Below are positions 63,601 through 64,000 of a stretch of DNA of 64,000 nt, piece after piece. The notes beneath the pieces are model-generated. The model was not told the origin of the DNA. It was given only the letters and a program-made list of their open reading frames with translations, and searched no databases. Position numbers and translations under genes: made by a program. The stretch covers positions 89,128-153,127 of the forward strand of contig JADHUR010000001.1 in assembly GCA_016784445.1 (NCBI GenBank). The letters run 5' to 3'. This DNA is from Patescibacteria group bacterium. GTDB lineage: Bacteria > Patescibacteriota > Patescibacteriia > UBA1558. Within the stretch, counting starts at the first letter, position 1, and each line of letters begins with the position of its first letter.

Positions 63601-64000
63601 TAGCATCATAATTCTGTGCAGAAATCTTTGTCATAATACCTGCAATTATAGTTTTATTCTTTGCGCTCAATACAGCTAATCTAGACATAATATCTGTCAT
63701 ATCTGAGCCCCCAGCTTGTAAATCTGTTAATCTCTCACTAACCTCCATCATTATGTCATTATAGCTACCTACAATTCTATTAACATAATTAGGTTTTAAA
63801 TTATTTTGTCTCTGCAATCTTTCAAGCTCACCTATTCTTTCCTGTGCTTGATCAAGTAATGTATTTATTCTGGCATCCTTTGTAAAAGAAAATAATCTCA
63901 ATTTCAACCAATCACCTAGTTTATCCATAAAATAGAAAGAATTAGCCGGTGTTGAACCAGCTTCTTCTTCCCAACTAGATTCTTGTACCTGTCCAGATAC
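60692..64000 (-). CDS. Large coiled-coil surface protein with DUF5667-like N-region and Myxococcus-type Cys-rich repeats; 5' end outside window
   Basis: Frame stays open to the window edge (..AGSTPANSFYFMDKLGDW..); long heptad region; three CGxG..E.C...DGC...C..E repeats. Confidence 0.7.
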   Translation of the reverse strand, partial: VSGQVQESSWEEEAGSTPANSFYFMDKLGDWLKLRLFSFTKDARINTLLDQAQERIGELERLQRQNNLKPNYVNRIVGSYNDIMMEVSERLTDLQAGGSDMTDIMSRLAVLSAKNKTIIAGIMTKISAQNYDAIQSAYNQSGGNFCEVVDSWVARENQCNDTILLIQESSDSFNKIAEEIANVETTSVSINNSYQQVDSYLDIVNSINTGIESSKNSFDSSLKATDLSFNEKESVLKGELDDFRGDYFYLLNNQPSVDTAIRDIIAYSTQSIGGLVARARAGTALIDVALNNSEISADIGYIEKIMSANLSDEKSLDNLLEDLKDAKRISIETEVNTLSSLVNKQVDEINKLEEGRNICEGLRSDFSDILDRLDTGRLSQAKNGILAMYNDMSVLDSIYLPNCGMLPVVQTLYDILVTGNALDPNNSCSSQSYIDNYINEIVAWGEDRMDLWDTMIDQHDGLVNQLTNQLGSYEMISTNKNNTRDSLDSYFNNYKSIDTSSIASAELNRIQLEIADLDIRLIEAEKAVTETEEYKNVLNANLQEANNSVSTTQTIVNQAENEFKTAQEEVNNASFLVEKTRNEYQEAEANTGDTNALKNSAETDLKAAQQELEVLSKERDELKVEIESMKVSLNSFSITAVRENDFQLEEEILLDLTEDFFFDRAIVESKEVELETIETNIITKEAQVSDLQTKYNSALQAFNNASQDYASKESSYLQANSNYNTAVQTLTQKGDLYEAKSIILFELEAELSQKQSSYNTALTDYNETVIVKDVLEGDLSNQNNLYDNAIAKAIKLEIINEELNLFVEQKFNNTVSNYETSVNNLSQLNDEWVGVASEYSNISNDVVSLRNKMNGNNLTQIRSGISSLKSATYGLENSVEYNMPAYQISHQVDTLDRLMNMRILGQGRIDNIKASVQTSVVNLQAITCTDAQSIYDQGVTDVCNNFDTGNYINTCQVINNLETQIVDTCKAESSNNCGNSIVNDGEQCDDGNKLSGDGCSALCQSEITAYCGDGRIQSPNSFGVNEECENIPANSIDGDGCNSQCLNEAEAYCGDGILQQPNDKNFSEQCDDGNKFVGDGCNNLCQIERGAQKSIKIRKTIP

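Overview
AT-rich bacterial chromosomal segment, read with the standard genetic code (several genes end in TGA). Most genes are on the minus strand. A Patescibacteria/CPR (Parcubacteria/ABY1-like) origin is inferred from the long two-domain ThyX, the short AspRS, a DUF5667-like protein, rplA without downstream rplJL, and SD-less or leaderless core genes. Housekeeping content: 4 tRNAs, rpmG, secE-nusG-rplK-X-rplA, aspS, asnS, gatB, pheST, gyrB, scpAB, rluB, tpiA, fba, mutM and ybeY. Functional clusters: a sugar-use operon that ends in an ATP-cone/Mrr-like nuclease; a PerR-rubredoxin-AhpC-superoxide reductase cluster; a five-gene dTTP operon; a GT2/TMTC-like glycosylation pair; and large surface proteins. 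Most notable: (i) a plus-strand, translationally coupled HD/HIT/NUDIX array in which one gene is flanked by an exact 18-bp duplication of the next gene's start; (ii) an NYN RNase gene facing a promoter-driven, pseudoknot-capable ~50-nt RNA; (iii) an unannotated ~185-nt 6S-like RNA; (iv) scattered stand-alone orphan expression units with strong SD sites and boxA-like leaders. No CRISPR array, integrase or transposase was seen. All product calls come from motif recognition by eye, not from database searches.
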